NCBI GenBank assembly: GCA_001949185.1
Contig: BDGG01000020.1
Span: 1-64,000 of the forward strand
Length of the DNA stretch: 64,000 nucleotides
Origin: Ramazzottius varieornatus
Taxonomy: Eukaryota > Animalia > Tardigrada
Direction: 5' to 3'
The stretch's first letter is position 1. Every line of letters starts with the position of its first letter. A model generated the notes under the pieces. It was not told where the DNA came from. It saw only the letters and a list, made by a program, of their open reading frames with translations, and did not search any database. Below are positions 60,374-64,000 of the stretch, one piece after another. The position numbers and the translations under genes were made by a program.

Positions 60374-60915
60374 CCGGTCTGCCGTGTGCGCACTACCCGA
60401 AACGGATTCACGCGTACGTCTGTGTGGAGGATCGTACATACTGAAGATCACAGATCCTATCAGTTGATCTTCCCCCGTAGCGGGATGATCAAGCGCTGAT
60501 CTTAACTTTCTAGAACGGCCAAGTTGACCCGCCTCGCGAACTAAGAACTATGGCCGTAGAAGAATCCATAAAAAATGTTGGAGGGGTTGGCCAGGAGGCT
60601 AAAAGTACCACCCATCGGTAGATGAAACAGAGCTTAAGTAATTAACGAGTTCGTATGTAATTGTGATCTTCGACAATTCGGCTCATCTAGATCTCTTTGT
60701 GGTATGGCCAGACTGAGCTGTATCGAGTTGCGCGAGAGAGCGCACCGACTGACAAGTCAGCATCCACATGCCTTGCATTCCCGGTCACTCTGACCGAAAG
60801 GTGACAGAGAGGCTGCTTCCGGGTTGACCCAACCGACTTCATAATTTTTTATCTCGAAAACTACAAAAGTTATCAAGTAAATTTCGCTGTCCAACATGCA
60901 GATAATACATTGAAC

Positions 60916-61128
60916 TATATCATCAGACGATTTTGAATTCGAGGTTGTCGAACCCTTTCTGAAGAATAATCTCGCCGTAATTAAAACTAAGATCCAGGCA
61001 AGAGTAAGTGAAGTTAGTGGATATATCATCAGACGATTTTGAATTCGAGGTTGTCGAACCCTTTCTGAAGAATAATCTCGCCGTAATTAAAACTAAGATC
61101 CAGGCAAGAGTAAGTGAAGTTAGTGGAT
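60916..61128. repeat. Exact 106-bp tandem duplication
   Basis: Unit TATATCATCAGACG...GTTAGTGGA starts at 60916 and 61022. Confidence 0.9.
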
Positions 61129-61693
61129 ACGGGCCATGTGCACGAGTGTAGAGGATCAATAAAAAAACGATTACAGACAATCGAAGCAATATCTTTCCGC
61201 CGGATCGGACTCATGCCGGTCAAGGTTCCATTGACGTTGTTACTTGGTTAAGAACGTAAGGGTAAACATTTCTTTTACAAATTATGGGCGGTCACGTTGT
61301 AGCGAAGTCTGAGATGTGACAAAATTCACCACAGCTCATAATTTTCGAAAGTAAAAAGGGTAAGCTGTCTTTCATCAATTTTAGCACAGCGTAGAGCCGA
61401 AGAAGTTACGAAGCGTGTGTATCACTTTCAGAACGGTGTAGCGTAAAAAATAACAGACAGATGTATCCTAGAGAACAATGACAACGAAGATTTTGGTTGG
61501 TGCCAGTGCGAACAAGGAAGTCGGGGAGGACTAGAGCAATGAATTCAAACGGTCCCGCAGATCAGTTCACAAACAATCGCTCACGCTCCACCCTGAAATG
61601 AAATGATCAGTACGCGTATGGTTAAAGGCTCGCCGTAGGTACGAATATGGTTCACGAAGAAGAAAGTTCTTACCTACTGAATTTGTGCGTCTG

Positions 61694-63029
61694 TTAGCAT
61701 TTGCCAGTCGTGCCGGGGAACTGCTGGTACGCCGAAGGGTCCTCCAGCACAAATCTTTTAGCTTCGTTCATACATTTACAGGGATTGGACTGATTACCGC
61801 ATACACATCGGTTCGGCTGTTTTTTCAGATGAGTAAAATGATCAAGTAAGACGTGGGTTTCTCCTCTATCACCAGTTTTGAACAAAGTTTCTCCTTCGTT
61901 CCAACTATAATATGTCAGTGCGGCGTCGAGAGGTGACTTCTTTCCTCCAGGAATATCTAGTTTTGGTTTGTCGCCCTCATCTGTTTTGTCGGGATTGTCC
62001 GAGTCACCGATCCTCAGGAAAAGAACCTGGGAGTACATGACTTTGACGTGCTTGGGAGTATCACCCATTTCGGCTTGAAGAATTTTCAAAAAATACGCAT
62101 GAGTCTTCCCAACCTGAAGACAAAAATCATCCATTAGAAGGGTTCAGGACAGCAAACCGAAGCACAAGAAACTCACCAAAACACAGACACCAGTTCCGAA
62201 CAGATGCAGCATATGCTTGGTGTACTTAGCCACCTTGGGTTTCTCTTGCATGTACCAAAGCGGTAAGTCGCCGTTGACTTTTACCCTGATTTCAGTGTCC
62301 GTCAATCTGCCCGGTACAACACCGTCGGGTCCGATGGAAGTCGCACGCAAGTCTCTCTGAGACTCCATGGCTGTGTAGGCGGTGTTATCGGACATCCCTG
62401 ACGGTTCGAACATGCTGTTATTATACATGTTTGATGGTGGTCGGTTGCTGATACTGTTGTACATGTTCGACAGAGGTGCTTGGCTTTGTGACGCGGCTGT
62501 AGGGGGAGGAGGGCCGACAAGTTTGGGGTCTATTGTCACGTTGGCGGGACTGGGTATAAATATGGACGCACTAGTTAGAGGCTGAGGTGCGTAATAATGC
62601 TGTTGCGTACTAGGGAAACCGGGAGGATGGGCGTTGGGTGGAGGAAGGCCGGGTTGTGGAGTAGGGATAGCGTGAGGACCTGGAGCTACGAAGAAATTCA
62701 GATACTGTAGTTTCACCGATTGTAACCTTGACGTCACTGCAGAGGCAAACTTTAAAAGATAGTAATTCTCGAGTTTCAACTGAACGTGTATGCTGAGTGT
62801 TTCAGGAAAGTTCAGGCATATCAGAGAGCTAGGGCAACAATTCTGCAAAAGTCGTCGATAGGAGGTCAAAGAAAGCATCTGGTGAGTTTTTTTCAAGTGT
62901 CACGGGAGTAGTGGGCGACGTCACTGCGGGCAGTAACGTCGAGATTAACTCTTGTTACTCCTTACCTTGTTGCTGCTGCACCTGTTGGCTAGGGCGCTGC
63001 CCATTTGATCGTCGTTGTGACTGACTCAT
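61694..63029 (-). CDS. Uncharacterised protein, Gln/Pro-rich N-terminus and Cys-containing C-terminal domain
   Basis: MSQSQRRSNGQRPSQQ..|gt exon; long Pro-rich exon ~62686-62190; last exon 62113-61694 (CVCGNQSNPCKC); canonical splice sites. Confidence 0.6.
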
Positions 63030-63537
63030 TGTAGCGAAATGATGCCGAACAGCGGGCGAATTACAGTTGCAAGACGGTCTCGAATCTCCTGATGTTGACG
63101 AGATCTGCCGAATTATTCCGGAACGAGCCGGTATGTTGATAATCTTTGTTCAAGATAATTTCATCCAAATGACCATGTTCAACATGGAGTCGTTTACGAA
63201 AAATTCAGGAGCGTGTAAAACAACGGGCTTGATTTGTGGCTGTAATGCCGGCAGGCTCTGCAGCAAGGAAGCAAATGTTGCTTGGTGATGCTTGCGTCAA
63301 TCAAACAGTTTCTCAATTTATCGTTCACCCGATGATCCTGATCCAGATACTTTCCAGAAAATGGTTTTACATTTTTGCAGAATTTTATCTTGTTGAAATT
63401 TCGACGGCACCAGACTTGTGATTCTCGGCTTCCGCCACATGACCGAAGAAATGAGGGAATCAAAGGGAGAGGGTAACTTCAAGCTGAAAACAAGACAGAG
63501 TAAAAACAGTAAACATATCTGTGCACAAACTCAAAAT

Positions 63538-63861
63538 CTACTTCTTGTCCTTTGTCTCATGGGGTTGCGGGTCGTTTATCTTTTTGACCGACGGTGGTGG
63601 TTTCGCCTTGTCACCACCTTGTGCGCCGGCAGCAGGAGCAGACGCAGCAGAAGCCCCAGCTCCTCCGGTAGAAGGTGTCGCACCGCCTTGCGCAGCAATT
63701 TGTGCCGTGTCTTTCGGCTTGCCAGATTCCAGCGGAATCTCCAGCGATTCCCGGAAGTTTGGGAAAACCTCCCAGGGACTGGAAGTATCGAACTTTCTAT
63801 ACTCCTGCGACATTTCCAGTGGCTCCACCACGACGCGTTTCACTTCGTCGTCGTACCGAAC
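63538..63861 (-). CDS. Last exon of an unidentified gene extending beyond the window
   Basis: Acceptor at ~63862, open frame ...[27 protein letters not shown]... with Ala/Gly-rich tail. Confidence 0.5.
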   Translation of the reverse strand, partial: VRYDDEVKRVVVEPLEMSQEYRKFDTSSPWEVFPNFRESLEIPLESGKPKDTAQIAAQGGATPSTGGAGASAASAPAAGAQGGDKAKPPPSVKKINDPQPHETKDKK

Positions 63862-63888
63862 CTATCGGAAAAACATTCATTCGGGAGC

Positions 63889-64000
63889 TCAGCAAACAAA
63901 CTTTTCAAAGATCCTGTCAAGCGGCGCACACTTTCATTCACTAGAACTGAAAACATGCGCGACTTGGGAGAGCAATCTCGCTGAATTTTCGAAGTGGCGC
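63889..64000. repeat. Intronic palindromic element copy plus start of a tandem copy
   Basis: GCGGCGCA 63921-63928 / TGCGCGAC 63956-63963, 27-nt spacer; new GTGGCGC at 63994. Confidence 0.8.

Noticed and set aside
60916-61128. Exact 106-bp duplication as a duplicated exon
   Set aside because: Identical copies in a gap-containing region, and flanking frames contain stops. A diverged relative at ~57912-57995 is also broken.
240-64000. Palindromic repeats as a CRISPR array or as introner elements
   Set aside because: Copies are dispersed and diverged, with no repeat-spacer periodicity or cas genes. They sit inside introns and do not supply the splice sites.

Overview
Gene-dense eukaryotic DNA, very probably a nematode: short GT-AG introns with TTTCAG/TTTTAG acceptors, and RPS7 ending FEFPDPIF as I recall for the C. 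elegans protein. A Sec-type SPS2 suggests a basal (clade I-like) lineage; that is inference. About 18 spliced genes or pseudogenes can be read: a GPCR 3' end, two damaged Ly6/Quiver-like paralogues, a membrane-anchored carboxylesterase, DENR, a chromo-barrel-like orphan, RPS7, a His-rich secreted protein, UPF2, PAT1, cytosolic SerRS, RPA1, amnionless, a Kazal protein, an RTK, selenophosphate synthetase SPS2, a tandem-Tudor protein and two unknown genes. Two TE-rich zones (1-8 kb and 53.5-61.5 kb) hold pogo, Tc1-like and hAT MITEs, including a nest of four hAT-type elements, and an intact DD34D mariner sits at 41.8-43.1 kb. Two signals stand out. (1) A ~110-bp palindromic element with core GTGGCGCA-N27-TGCGCCAC occurs as 16 complete copies, all inside introns, with conserved spacer length despite diverged arms. 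(2) SPS2 carries a full selenocysteine recoding cassette that the ORF track misses: in-frame UGA, a 12-bp stem-loop 8 nt downstream, and a type II SECIS. Exon boundaries were read by eye and nothing was searched against databases.
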